The position numbers were made by a program, and so were the translations under genes. Positions 31,099 through 41,800 of a DNA stretch of 64,000 bases are shown here, piece by piece. Numbering within the stretch: the first letter of the stretch is position 1; every line of letters starts with the position of its first letter. A model generated the notes under the pieces. The model was not told the DNA's origin, did not search any database, and was given only the letters and a program-made list of their open reading frames with translations. Origin of the DNA: Candidatus Poribacteria bacterium (lineage in GTDB: Bacteria > Poribacteria > WGA-4E > JAJDTR01); contig CBDCTK010000002.1 of the NCBI GenBank assembly GCA_965222225.1, forward strand, positions 3,168,001 through 3,232,000, written 5' to 3'.

Positions 31099-32547
31099 TT
31101 ACGCAACGCCCCATCCGGGATATTTGTCCGGGTTTGCAAAGTCCTGACCCAGATCGAGAAATCCCCGCGCACCTCGTCTTCCATAGTCAAACGGATCGTG
31201 GGTCACCTCCATCCAACGGTGAAGTCGAGCCTCCATCTCCTCCAAAGCAGGGCGCGCCTCTGCCGCGTCCGCGAGGTTAACCATCTCCAGGGGATCCTCC
31301 GCGCGGTCAAACAACCAGGGTCCTCGTTCATTGGCGTACCAGCGTGTATAGGTCCAGCGCTCCGTGCGAACCCCACGCCATCGCCCTACCCAACCATTCC
31401 GATCCGGCCATCCGTTTGCCATGTTCTGCAGGTATACGGAATCAGATGCCTCTCGCGCAAGTTCCGCACTACGCGAATCGCCCCTTCCGTGAGCCAATTC
31501 CTCCTCTGTCGAGCCGGACTCCCCGCGCCACACGCGTGAAATGTCTCGCCCCTGCAGCCCGTCCGGTAGCGGTACGCCGCACGCACCGAGCAAAGTCGGC
31601 ATGATGTCAATGGCGCCCATAAAAGCGTCGCTGCGCGTGCCAGCATGCGTCACGCCGTTCCAGCGCAGGACAAACGGTACATGAATCGACTCTTCATACG
31701 GCGTGGCTTTGGAGGCGCGCATCGACTCGTGCATCCAGTCGTCGAATGGCTTGCCGTAACCGTGGCTGGAGAGATGGTCGCCATGGTCGGACGTGTAGCA
31801 GACGATGGTATTGTCATTGACGCCAAGACGATCGAGCGCTTCCATAAGTCTCGCCATCTGCTCGTCAAGCCCAGTGCAGCACCCGTAATAATCGGCGATC
31901 TCCTTACGCGCAAAATCCACCATCTGTTCCGGGACATTGCCGGGCACATCCACCTCGGCAGGATCGTACACTGAATGCGCCGCCGGATACTGCTCGTAGG
32001 GCCAGTGCGGCGGTCGCCAAGACACAAACAGCGCGAACGGATCTTCGGGTCGGGAATCCAGATGCCGTTCCATAAATCGAATCGCCAAATTCGTCTCCAC
32101 CTCCGGCGCCCAACCTTCAAATACCGTTGGTCCCGACTCATTCTCGTAATAGCTGCGGTCGAAGAAACCGGAGCCGCCGTGGAGCGCGGCGAGATAATCA
32201 AGACCGTAACGCTCCTCCTCCAGATAAGGTCCTTTGCCCAGATGGAACGTTCCCACGTGCGCCGTTCCATAGCCGTGTTCGCTCAAAGTGCCCGGCAATG
32301 TCGGGATGTCGGTTCGCGGGCGATATTCGTTGTCAATCACAAAATTCTGCCACCCGTACCGCCCAGTGAGTAAAATCGCACGATACGGTGAACACAAGGG
32401 ATGGTTGGAAAACATATTGTCGCACACCATCCCCTCCGACGCGAGACGGTCAATTGACGGCGTCTGAACAACGGGATTGCCGTTACACCCAAGAGCGCTG
32501 TAGCGTTGCTGATCCGAAAAAACAAACAGAATGTTGGGACGTTGCAT
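31099..32547 (-). CDS. Sulfatase
   Basis: MQRPNILFVFSDQ start at 32547; CSPYRAILLTG; TSDHGD. Confidence 0.92.
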   Translation of the reverse strand: MQRPNILFVFSDQQRYSALGCNGNPVVQTPSIDRLASEGMVCDNMFSNHPLCSPYRAILLTGRYGWQNFVIDNEYRPRTDIPTLPGTLSEHGYGTAHVGTFHLGKGPYLEEERYGLDYLAALHGGSGFFDRSYYENESGPTVFEGWAPEVETNLAIRFMERHLDSRPEDPFALFVSWRPPHWPYEQYPAAHSVYDPAEVDVPGNVPEQMVDFARKEIADYYGCCTGLDEQMARLMEALDRLGVNDNTIVCYTSDHGDHLSSHGYGKPFDDWMHESMRASKATPYEESIHVPFVLRWNGVTHAGTRSDAFMGAIDIMPTLLGACGVPLPDGLQGRDISRVWRGESGSTEEELAHGRGDSRSAELAREASDSVYLQNMANGWPDRNGWVGRWRGVRTERWTYTRWYANERGPWLFDRAEDPLEMVNLADAAEARPALEEMEARLHRWMEVTHDPFDYGRRGARGFLDLGQDFANPDKYPGWGVA

Positions 32548-32660
32548 AAGAATTCTCACACGGAAAAATAGTCCGTAGCATCTCAAGCACAAGTCGCGTC
32601 CAAAGACGTTGTGCGGCCAATAGGGACTAGGTAAGTAAGGGCAGGGACGCCAAATACGAA

Positions 32661-33521
32661 CTACTGGACACTGGCTTCCGAATCCTCTTGAGCGTAGGCT
32701 TCCCAGAGATTGTTGATTTCCTTGGCGGGCAGCGGTCCGCTGTGGAGAATTAAGCGGTAGCGGTGACACATTGCCGATCCGGCGGGTAGATCGATGGATT
32801 GCGGGATACAGGGTGAAGGGTTAATCCCTCGCTGCCCATCTACGCGCCATTTCACCGGATGACCGGGGTTTTCGGGATGATCGCAGACGGTGATTCCGGC
32901 GCCAATCTCGCTCTTTTCTATGGGCATGTACAGGTCCACCCACGCCGCCGCCTGTTGCTCGGTGTCGTCATCCTGCATGCCGAAAGAATTGAGAACGGTT
33001 GCGCCGTAATCACTTCGATACGGCATACGGACGAACAATCCGCCGTACCCGTGCTGCTCGATGCACACATCCGAGACGGAGCGGAGGGTCCAATCCAAGT
33101 CTAGCAAGAGCAAATCGCCGTCAGCGCGTAACGACCAATCTTGCCGCTCAGCAAGCACGTGGCTGCCATCCGCATGATGCCAAACGGTCTCAATCCTCCA
33201 ACGCGGCGGTTCCGTTTCCAAGATACGCGGCATGCTAGGTTTAATCAGACCGACCACCTGATTGGGGCGCTGCCCCGGATAGTGCCAAAAGTCGCAGCCA
33301 TTGACGTCGGTGAACGCCGTCTGTATCCCGTGCTGGTGCGGATGGTGCCACGGGCTATCCGCGGTGAGGCAGATGCTGCCGTCCGCGGTGCGCAGCGGAT
33401 GGATGTAAGGTAACATGCCCGGTCGGGCATTGTGCTGCAACACCACCTTGCCGAGAGAGGTGTCATCGACGAACAGACAGTCGTTCTCGGCGCGGAGGTT
33501 CCATCGTGAAGCCACAGACAT
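32661..33521 (-). CDS. PmoA-like (DUF6807) family protein
   Basis: PYIHPLRT..G, HPHQHG, YGGLF.RM, DHP.NP. Confidence 0.75.
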   Translation of the reverse strand: MSVASRWNLRAENDCLFVDDTSLGKVVLQHNARPGMLPYIHPLRTADGSICLTADSPWHHPHQHGIQTAFTDVNGCDFWHYPGQRPNQVVGLIKPSMPRILETEPPRWRIETVWHHADGSHVLAERQDWSLRADGDLLLLDLDWTLRSVSDVCIEQHGYGGLFVRMPYRSDYGATVLNSFGMQDDDTEQQAAAWVDLYMPIEKSEIGAGITVCDHPENPGHPVKWRVDGQRGINPSPCIPQSIDLPAGSAMCHRYRLILHSGPLPAKEINNLWEAYAQEDSEASVQ

Positions 33522-33964
33522 AAAATCTTCTCCTTGGTTAACAGCGATTTATCGTAAGTGTTTAGTGTCTAGAAAAAACTGGCGTCCATAAAACGGCTAT
33601 GGAATACGGAGTCCATCTTGATTTGATGGTCAAATTAGGTTGATTGGACATTCACAATCGTCCCCTACAATTTTCGAATTCGGAAGCGCGGCTCTTGTGC
33701 GTATCTGCGAACCGAAAGCGTGAAAAGAGATGCCAACAGAGCGTCGATTTAGGCGGTGCGTTGGCATTATCCAAAACGAAGGTTTCCTTTGCTGGTGCGG
33801 GTTCTCAGAAATCTGAGTGCTAACAAAATACTAACAGAAAAAAAGTTTGGCGGCGATCACGGATTCGCGGCGGTACGAACGGCAATGGCGATAATACTTA
33901 CCTCACGCAGCCGGAAATTATGCTTTTCAGGTTTAAAACTGCCTTCCTGAGGCAACACCCCAAG

Positions 33965-34170
33965 GGGATTTCTATGCAAGCACTATCGGGATTTACTATG
34001 GGAGTTCTATCGCACTCCTTATTCGGTCGTTTGATCCTTCCTTAACTGTCAGTTGATCGCTCGATATTCATTCGTTTAGTGCTCAGACTTAGAGGCTGGT
34101 GGGCAGTGCCCACCCTACAATATTCTGTCGGTTAATCCTTATTCTGTCGGTTGATCCTTATTCTGTCGTT
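33965..34170 (+). repeat. Modular array, copy D, followed by a REP and a 19-bp tandem tract of the same family
   Basis: GGGATTT CTATGCAAGCA CTATCGGGATTTA CTATGGGAGTT CTATCGCACTCC TTATTCGGTCGT TTGATC...; REP at 34098-34120; about 2.6 copies of TTATTCTGTCGGTTRATCC at 34121-34170. Confidence 0.85.
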
Positions 34171-34876
34171 AGATTCTTCAGTGGTTTGGGAGATTTAAAT
34201 CGCAGTTAATGCGTTACGACTCGAAAATTGCGTCGAAGCATGTCATAGCTTGGCTTCGTAGATGCTTTTGGCGTCGTGATTGAGTGTGCGAAATACTGCG
34301 ATAAACTGCGAATATGTCTTCGATCGCGTTCACCGCGGTACTGCGACGATTGCCCAAAACAGCGGCAGGCGCTCCGACTGGATGCCACCTAGATTCGCTC
34401 ATGCGCCGATAGTTTCGGCGCCGAAAAGGGACGAAACCCGGCGAACTGGAATAGCGGTTTAGACTCAGATTCGACATTTGGCTCAGTGGTCTTTTCTATT
34501 CTCACGTCACAAAGCGCGCACATAGGTGAACGAGTTCGACACTCGGCGGCATGCGTTGGAGGCGCGTACACTCTTTCAAAGACCGCGGGCAGCATTTGAC
34601 AGCGCCGTTTTAGAGGAAGCGCGAGTGAACGGAATCCAATTAAAACTGATGGGATTCTCGTCCCTGCAGCTCAACCCCAGAAGAAACAAGTGCACAACTA
34701 TCACTAGCCGGCATTGACGATTCGGCATCATTATACTATACCTCTGTATAGTTATCAATCTAAAACAATGGAGGAGTTGCCAGAGGGAAGTGATGGCTCA
34801 AGCTGCACATGAAATTGCGTTAATAGCTCAATCTATCCTTCGGAGACCGATTATTTTAAATACACATGTCGATATG

Positions 34877-35776
34877 TCATTCTAAATGACGTGTCTTGAT
34901 GCCGCCCCACATCAGAGGCAACTTCTCCAACGGACTGACGGCGAGGCTCATTATTCCCCTTATTTCTTCATCATTCATCGGTCTATTCCAGAAACGCACT
35001 TCATCATATCTCGCAGGAAAGAACCCGGTGCCCGGATTGCCTCCATCACCGACCGCATGAATCCCCATCCATATCTTTTTTCTGGCTTTATCGCTATCCG
35101 GCTTGTCGTTAAGCGCTCTTGAGAAATCTCCCGCCCGTCCGATGAACTCCCCATCAATATAGGCTCTAAGTTCTTTGGCGCCTTCATCGCGCACCCCTGC
35201 GATATGGTGCCATTCCCCGTCGTTCAATTTCGGCTTATCCGTTATGACGCCGGGGGTGCCGGCACCCGAAGCTACAAACACATTCACTGCCGCAAATCGA
35301 AACTTGTCGTCCCCGTCAATATCCGAAAAGAAGAACATCGACCAGTGCCCTTTATTGTGTCCGTCAGTCCCATGTCCTCCGAAAATGAGATGCCCGTGGA
35401 AGCCGCTAACAACAGCCTCCGGCACCTTGGGAGCTTTAGCCGTGGTCATCAGCCACAGTTCGGCAGTGAACGAGCCACGCTCCGCCTCAATCAGCTCTGG
35501 TGTTAAATTGATTTCCACATACCCGGTTTCGCCGTCCAGTTGTAAAGCCCTCCCCCGTTTCCCCTGAAGGATTTTCGTCCCGCCGATAATCTTGCCGCCT
35601 CCCGTTTTGCCCGTGAGATCTCTCGCTATCCCGCCCGTGCTGTCGTCAAAGGGCAGATAAAGCAACAAGCTATCATCAAAAGCGTTGATAGGCAGAACGA
35701 TGGCTATGAAAAGTACGCCGGATGCCATTGCGATGAATAGGTTCATCCTGTTTCTCGACATTTCGTTCTCCCACAA
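34877..35776 (-). CDS. Secreted LamG/concanavalin-like domain protein (Poribacteria type)
   Basis: Signal peptide, LYLPFD, DGEWHHIAGV, DEVRFWN, C-terminal AVSPLEKLPLMWGGIK. Confidence 0.88.
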   Translation of the reverse strand: MWENEMSRNRMNLFIAMASGVLFIAIVLPINAFDDSLLLYLPFDDSTGGIARDLTGKTGGGKIIGGTKILQGKRGRALQLDGETGYVEINLTPELIEAERGSFTAELWLMTTAKAPKVPEAVVSGFHGHLIFGGHGTDGHNKGHWSMFFFSDIDGDDKFRFAAVNVFVASGAGTPGVITDKPKLNDGEWHHIAGVRDEGAKELRAYIDGEFIGRAGDFSRALNDKPDSDKARKKIWMGIHAVGDGGNPGTGFFPARYDEVRFWNRPMNDEEIRGIMSLAVSPLEKLPLMWGGIKTRHLE

Positions 35777-35908
35777 CTTAGAACAACTTTGATTAACCCA
35801 AGCCAGTTTGACATACTGTCCATAGGGGGTAAATGCCTTGGGCTTCGACGGTTTTGCCCCCCAAGTAACGAACTTTTTTGGTTGTGCTAACTGCGTTTCA
35901 GATAGGTT

Positions 35909-36727
35909 TTAAACAGACTCCTCCCGATCAAAGAGAGCCAATTGATCCTCATTCAGAGTATCGGCACGAAGGTGAATCAAATGCAAGGCTTGCTCGGCAG
36001 TAGATTCCTTCTCGTCGCCGTCTTGGTCTACAAGGCACTTCACAATTATACCTTTGCCCCTCACATGTACAAGCAATACCATCTGAACGGTGAGAAGAAC
36101 AATGCGCGTGCAAGTATCAATGAGTTTCAAATGACGATGCTCGGAAGATTGCAAGTTCGTTTTGCCTTCCCCCCAATCGTCTGGACGAGGTAGATATGCG
36201 CTACCATGCGCGAGGTCGTTGCGGATATCTTTAACGACGTTCAAACCAAGCCCGTTCAAATCGTCGGAGTCGTTTAGTTTGAACGCGTCACTACGCACTT
36301 CGTAAGTAGCATCCTCCTCTATGAATTTACGTAGGGAATATAAAGTGTCTTTGTAACCAGCAATGGGACGGCTTGGGCTATAGTTTTGCTTCAAGAACTT
36401 GATTGTTTTATCCACGACGCCGTATCGCTCTATACCTAAAAAAACCTTAGCTACAGTCTCAAAACTACCCCACACGAAATTAAAAATTATGAGTCTTGTG
36501 GTGAGATTTGACAGCAACTCACTGCGCTTATCTTCGTAAGCCATAGCTGTTCCACAATACGCTAGGGTGTCATCGTGCTTTGCTGTTGTCACCTTGACGC
36601 TTTCAACGCCAGCGGCGATGTCTAGCCAAGCCATTGCGTTCAAAAACGGGACCTGATCCCATTGGCTTAGAAACTCCTTTAATTCAAAACAGTGTTCTTG
36701 TAAATCAATAAGTTGATTGCGGCGCAT
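35909..36727 (-). CDS. Hypothetical protein with HEPN-type RxxxxH motif
   Basis: FNFVWGSFE and IRNDLAHG; lies at the edge of the defence island. Confidence 0.6.
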   Translation of the reverse strand: MRRNQLIDLQEHCFELKEFLSQWDQVPFLNAMAWLDIAAGVESVKVTTAKHDDTLAYCGTAMAYEDKRSELLSNLTTRLIIFNFVWGSFETVAKVFLGIERYGVVDKTIKFLKQNYSPSRPIAGYKDTLYSLRKFIEEDATYEVRSDAFKLNDSDDLNGLGLNVVKDIRNDLAHGSAYLPRPDDWGEGKTNLQSSEHRHLKLIDTCTRIVLLTVQMVLLVHVRGKGIIVKCLVDQDGDEKESTAEQALHLIHLRADTLNEDQLALFDREESV

Positions 36728-37319
36728 TTCTTCTCCTTCCTCCTTATCAATAATGAAGTCTTAGTTAGGTTGGCCTTGTAGCGGCCCGTCTGAATTTTTG
36801 AAATTAGTCTTTGCGAACAGTCATCTTCGGCTAAATGCTTTGAGACTCCCGTGAATCTGCCAATTGAACCACGAAAAAACACCTTGCCATCTACGTTTCA
36901 AAGCCAATCTGAAGTCTGTAAATCACTTGAATGCGTGAATTGCCATTGCGACAATAATCAGTGGACTTGCAATGAAATGACAAAAAATCTCTCAGGCAGT
37001 TGGAATCCTAAGAGTTGCTCACCATGGCACTATACTCCGTGCATAAGGTCACCGGAACCCCATCTGCCTACTCAATACCTCAATTCATTTCTGTTGATCC
37101 GCTGTCGTAATTGTGCTACACTAAACATCTAATAATACGATAATAAAGAGCATTCTTCAATAATAAAAAACAGACATGTAATTATCCACTGGGACGTCAT
37201 GTTAGAAAAGCTAGTGGAATTGAATCTCCAGCTAGTGTTCTCAGTCATGAACGTAACATCACTAGAGATATGGGACGATTGACATATTCTGATGTTTTGT
37301 TGGTTGCAGGTTGTGAGTG

Positions 37320-38246
37320 ATGAAGTATAGATATTCTGGACACGGTACATTCCCTTGCCGGTATACTTGGCTCCCTAAAGCAGTCGTTGCCTTGAAAAAT
37401 AAACCTCATCTATTTAGCGATGTAGATGAGGCGATGGTTGAGCTGGGCGTTGGCAGGCAAATGGTGCGCGCGATAAGATTTTGGGTTGAAGCCGCAAAGG
37501 TTGTCAAGAAAGACGGAAAGGACGAGTTTAAAGTAACTTCATTGGGCAGAATGGTAATTGGAGAAGACGGTCTAGATCCATATCTGGAAGATTCCCAAAC
37601 GCTTTGGCTAATTCATTGGAATTTCTCAACTCACAGTGAAAATCCTATCTTCGCTTGGGATTTCCTTATGAATCAGTGGCAAGAACCAGAGATAATTCCA
37701 TCGCTCGCGGTCAAAGCCTTTGAAAAAGAGGCTGTCCAGCATGATAAACGACGGTCAAAGGTTACACTCAAGGAGCACTTTGATGTTTTTCTTCATACTT
37801 ACCTACCAACACGGGGAACGAAAGGTGATATACTTGAGGATAACCTTGATTGTCCTTTGATCGAACTGGATTTGATTCGGCAAGTAGGAGAGCGGATTTC
37901 GGACGGCCAAAACGGGAAACGAGAACCGGTATATGCTTTCAATCGTGATCATAAGCCGCAAATCAGCCAGGCGCTTTTTGTCTACTGCTTGAATGATTTC
38001 TGGAATACCCATCATGATCGAGAAGGGACTTTGCCATTTCGTGAAGTTGCTTCTGGACGTGGCAGTCCAGGTCAGGTTTTCAAATTGCCGGAACAAGAAA
38101 TTGTGAATCGCCTAGAAAACATCGAAAACAGTACGAACGGTGCGATAAGTTTTCACGAATCAGTGAATTTGAGTCGAATTCAAAGACATCAAGAAATTGA
38201 TCGGGACGAGTTGTTGGCAGCTATTTATCCTCCTGAAGAGGTTTAG
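37320..38246 (+). CDS. sspB: DUF4007 protein, SspB-like
   Basis: SGH.TF..R..WL.K, LGVG..MV.AIRFW, DPYLED..TLWLIHW, LDCPL.EL.L. Confidence 0.85.
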   Translation: MKYRYSGHGTFPCRYTWLPKAVVALKNKPHLFSDVDEAMVELGVGRQMVRAIRFWVEAAKVVKKDGKDEFKVTSLGRMVIGEDGLDPYLEDSQTLWLIHWNFSTHSENPIFAWDFLMNQWQEPEIIPSLAVKAFEKEAVQHDKRRSKVTLKEHFDVFLHTYLPTRGTKGDILEDNLDCPLIELDLIRQVGERISDGQNGKREPVYAFNRDHKPQISQALFVYCLNDFWNTHHDREGTLPFREVASGRGSPGQVFKLPEQEIVNRLENIENSTNGAISFHESVNLSRIQRHQEIDRDELLAAIYPPEEV

Positions 38247-38249
38247 ATA

Positions 38250-41200
38250 TTGAACCGCACTGTCGCCCACCTATTTCGCATCAACCCTCGCTTCCTGCGC
38301 TCAACACACCTTGAGCGAGATTTTTCCAACCCAGACAGTTGCGCGGGGTACATACCGACGGATTTTACTAGGACCTGCCTAAAGCGCTTGGCAGAAGGAC
38401 TAGCAACAAATTCGACTAACCGAGCATGGCGACTCACCGGAGATTACGGCACAGGAAAGTCAAGTTTCGCCTTAGTTCTAGCCCACCTGTTTTCAGGTCA
38501 GCAAAATGGACCGCTGGAAAAACTGCGAAAATCCGTTAACATTGACGATTTCGGCTTTGAAAACCAGAGCTTGGTACCCATCCTAGTCACGGGAAATCGG
38601 TTGCCGTTGGGTTTTGACCTTCAATCGGCTTTACGGAAATCCCTCGCCACCGGCAACGATGTTTCTTATACAAAATTACCCTCCAAACTCCAACACTTTG
38701 CAAAGGTTTTGGATAAAGATACACCGCCGCAGCTTGAGTTTAGACCAGCAGAGGGCGAAATCCCGGGAATCGGAGATCAGGAGATTGTCGACGCTCTCAT
38801 TCTCTATAGCGAGTTCATCAAATCGGATTCGAAAGGGTCAGGAGTTCTTCTCATCATTGATGAATTAGGGAAATTCCTCGAATATGCGGCAATGTATCCA
38901 GAGCGTCAGGACATCTATCTACTGCAACAGTTGGCAGAAGCCGCATCGCGTAGCGGAGAAACACCTTTTTTCGTCTTGGGGCTTTTACATCAAGGGTTTA
39001 GTGCCTATACTGATCGTTTGGATACGACTTCCAAACAGGAATGGGAAAAGGTTGCTGGACGATTTGAAGAAATTATATTCAATCAACCGCTTGATCAGGT
39101 TGTTCTGTTGCTTTCGTCTGCTTTGGGCGTTCGGAAGAATGGCGTTTCAGTAACGCACCAAGAAGAGACAGCCGCACAAATGACTTTTGCCCTTCGGCGA
39201 GGGTGGTTTGGCCCCGCACCGCCACGCAAGAGTTGGCAAAATAAAGCAGCGCGGTTATTTCCGATTGATCCTCTGGCTGTGCCTATTATCGTCCGAACGA
39301 TGCATCGCTTTGGCCAGAACGAGAGGTCACTGTTTAGTTTTCTTCAATCCTCAGAACCATACGGTTTACAAGCCTTTTCTTCACAACTGTCGCTTCAAGA
39401 TGCGCGACTGTACCGAATCCACGACTTTTACGATTATGTTCGAGCGAATTTGAGCCATTCGATCAATCTGAGCAGCACGCAGACACATTGGATGACGGTC
39501 GAGTCGATTGTCTCAAGTTGCGTGACCGACGACATTTTAGAACTGCAAGTTCTGAAAACAATTGGGATGTTGAATCTGCTGAACGCCAATGACTTACTTC
39601 CAACAGAGTCGATTGTCGTGCAGGCAGTGGCGGGAACGCAGGACGACTTGCGTAGTCGTGCCACCCATACAATAGACACCCTGAAGGATGAAAAACGCAT
39701 ATTATACGACCGCGGCATTGCCGGTGGGTTATGTCTTTGGCCTCACTCCAGTGTGGACTTGGACTCTGCTTACAAAGACGCGGAGCGTGCAATCGGCAGT
39801 ATTGATAAGGTGAGCGAACGAATCCAAGCCTATCTTGAGCCTAGACCAATCGTTGCTCGCAGGCACTACATAGAAACCGGGAATCTGCGCCACTTTCGGA
39901 TTCAGTATCTGACCGCATCTGCATTTGCTCAAATTGTACCTCAATCGGAGGGAGGTGACGATGGCACGATCATCGTGGTGCTATGCGACTCGCCTCAAGA
40001 ACGACAACAGACATTGCAGACGGCTAAAAACTCAGTATTCACGAACCATCCTCAGATAATCATCGCCGTTCCAGATCCGCTGCACAACGTCGCCGACTAT
40101 CTTCGAGATTCCCTGTGTTGGGAATGGGTTGGAAAAAACATATTAGAACTCAACACCGATCCTTACGCACGCGATGAAGTATCGCGTCAGCGCAAGGCGG
40201 CTCTTGAGCGCCTTGAAAAACGAATTAGCGACCTAATTAATCTGCGCGACTATTCAGGAAAAATGGCGTTCGATTGGTTTTCCGAAAGGAAATCACTACC
40301 AATTTCTAACTGTAAACAACTATTAAAGCATCTTTCCGATGTTTACAATCGGGTTTTCCCGCAGGCACCCAGAATTCAAAACGAACTTATCAATAGACAA
40401 AACTTGAGTGTCGCTGCGGCCGCCGCGCGATTGCGGTTAATTGGGGGGATGTTAGAGAGAGAATCCCAGTTGAACCTCGGCATGCCCACGAACAAACGAC
40501 CGCCTGAAATGTCGATGTACCTTTCAGTCCTGAAACAGGGAAATATTCATGTCAAAGCGGAAAAAACATGGTATATTCAAGAGCCCCTTCCCGATGCGGA
40601 CTCGTGCCATATCTTACCGGCGCTGAGGCAGATTGAATTGGTATTGAAGTCAAAACCAGACAAGAAAATAGCCGTATCTGAGTTGTTTGTAGAACTTCGA
40701 AAACCGCCGTTTGGAATTCGAAACGGACTAATTCCTTTACTGCTGGCAATCTACATTGCTGCTCATAGGCAAGACATCGCAATATTTGAAGATGGCACGT
40801 TCGTGCGTGAGGTTAGACGAGATGATTTCCTGCGACTGACGAAGGCACCTGAATACTTTGAAATCCAACACAGTGAGATTGAAGGGATTCGTGCCTCAGT
40901 TTTCGATCAACTCATTAAGGTGCTTGGCATTCAGCGAACATCAGGAGAGCGAACTTCTCGAATTCTTGATGTTGTCCGACCCCTGTGTACTTTTGTCGTG
41001 GAACTGCCTGAATATGTCCATAACACAAAGAAACTCTCTCAAGAAGCCATCGCCGTCCGCAACACGCTCATGTCGGCGGGCGAACCTGCGCCTCTACTTT
41101 TCCGGGATCTGCCAATTGCCTGCGGTGATGCTCCGTTTGATGCAACCGAATCCATTGGCGATAGTCGGGTGCAAGACTTTGCAGAAAAACTCAAAACCTA

Positions 41201-41768
41201 TCTGACTGAGCTGCGGAATGCCTATACCGAGTTACTTGAACGTCTAAAATTTGCCATTTTCGAGGCATTTGAGGTGTCAGGTAGTTTTTCACAAGCGCGA
41301 GGTTCTCTTTCAAGCCACGCCGACGCTTTACGGATTAATGTTACGGAATCCCAACTTAAAGCCCTCTGCGGCCGCTTGAGTGACAGGACGCTGTCTGAAA
41401 CGAAATGGATTGAGTCGGTTGCCAGTTTTATCGCTTCAAAACCTCCATCCTATTGGTACGATTCGGATGAAGTCGCGTTCCAAAATGAACTTTCAGACTT
41501 CGCAGAGCGTTTCAAGCATGTTGACGGTATCTATTTCGGGACGGAAGATAGATCTGCACGTGGAGAAGGAGTTCGCCTTGCAATCACGCGCTCGGACGGG
41601 AGTGAAAGGGCTGCGGTCATGTATCCCCGACCTGAAGAAGAGAGGATATTGGACGATATCCAAAAGCAAATTCGCGCCTTAATGAGAGATCGCCCTCGTT
41701 TGGGCTTGGCTGCCATCGCACGGACAGTGTGGGATGAACTCAACGAAGGTTCTGAAAAAACACGATAA
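38250..41768 (+). CDS. sspC: Large ATPase, SspC-like
   Basis: Walker A GDYGTGKS, Walker B LIIDELGKFLE, EWEKV.GRF, QNERSLFSFL, PPFG.R.G. Confidence 0.85.
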   Translation: MNRTVAHLFRINPRFLRSTHLERDFSNPDSCAGYIPTDFTRTCLKRLAEGLATNSTNRAWRLTGDYGTGKSSFALVLAHLFSGQQNGPLEKLRKSVNIDDFGFENQSLVPILVTGNRLPLGFDLQSALRKSLATGNDVSYTKLPSKLQHFAKVLDKDTPPQLEFRPAEGEIPGIGDQEIVDALILYSEFIKSDSKGSGVLLIIDELGKFLEYAAMYPERQDIYLLQQLAEAASRSGETPFFVLGLLHQGFSAYTDRLDTTSKQEWEKVAGRFEEIIFNQPLDQVVLLLSSALGVRKNGVSVTHQEETAAQMTFALRRGWFGPAPPRKSWQNKAARLFPIDPLAVPIIVRTMHRFGQNERSLFSFLQSSEPYGLQAFSSQLSLQDARLYRIHDFYDYVRANLSHSINLSSTQTHWMTVESIVSSCVTDDILELQVLKTIGMLNLLNANDLLPTESIVVQAVAGTQDDLRSRATHTIDTLKDEKRILYDRGIAGGLCLWPHSSVDLDSAYKDAERAIGSIDKVSERIQAYLEPRPIVARRHYIETGNLRHFRIQYLTASAFAQIVPQSEGGDDGTIIVVLCDSPQERQQTLQTAKNSVFTNHPQIIIAVPDPLHNVADYLRDSLCWEWVGKNILELNTDPYARDEVSRQRKAALERLEKRISDLINLRDYSGKMAFDWFSERKSLPISNCKQLLKHLSDVYNRVFPQAPRIQNELINRQNLSVAAAAARLRLIGGMLERESQLNLGMPTNKRPPEMSMYLSVLKQGNIHVKAEKTWYIQEPLPDADSCHILPALRQIELVLKSKPDKKIAVSELFVELRKPPFGIRNGLIPLLLAIYIAAHRQDIAIFEDGTFVREVRRDDFLRLTKAPEYFEIQHSEIEGIRASVFDQLIKVLGIQRTSGERTSRILDVVRPLCTFVVELPEYVHNTKKLSQEAIAVRNTLMSAGEPAPLLFRDLPIACGDAPFDATESIGDSRVQDFAEKLKTYLTELRNAYTELLERLKFAIFEAFEVSGSFSQARGSLSSHADALRINVTESQLKALCGRLSDRTLSETKWIESVASFIASKPPSYWYDSDEVAFQNELSDFAERFKHVDGIYFGTEDRSARGEGVRLAITRSDGSERAAVMYPRPEEERILDDIQKQIRALMRDRPRLGLAAIARTVWDELNEGSEKTR

Positions 41769-41800
41769 AATGGAGCGCACCAAAAGGAGAATCAAAAAAG

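Noticed and set aside
33800-33960. Possible tRNA fragment or att site
   Set aside because: No cloverleaf, T-loop consensus or second copy could be identified.
34206-34758. Several short overlapping ORFs
   Set aside because: No recognisable motifs, RBS or consistent coding frame.
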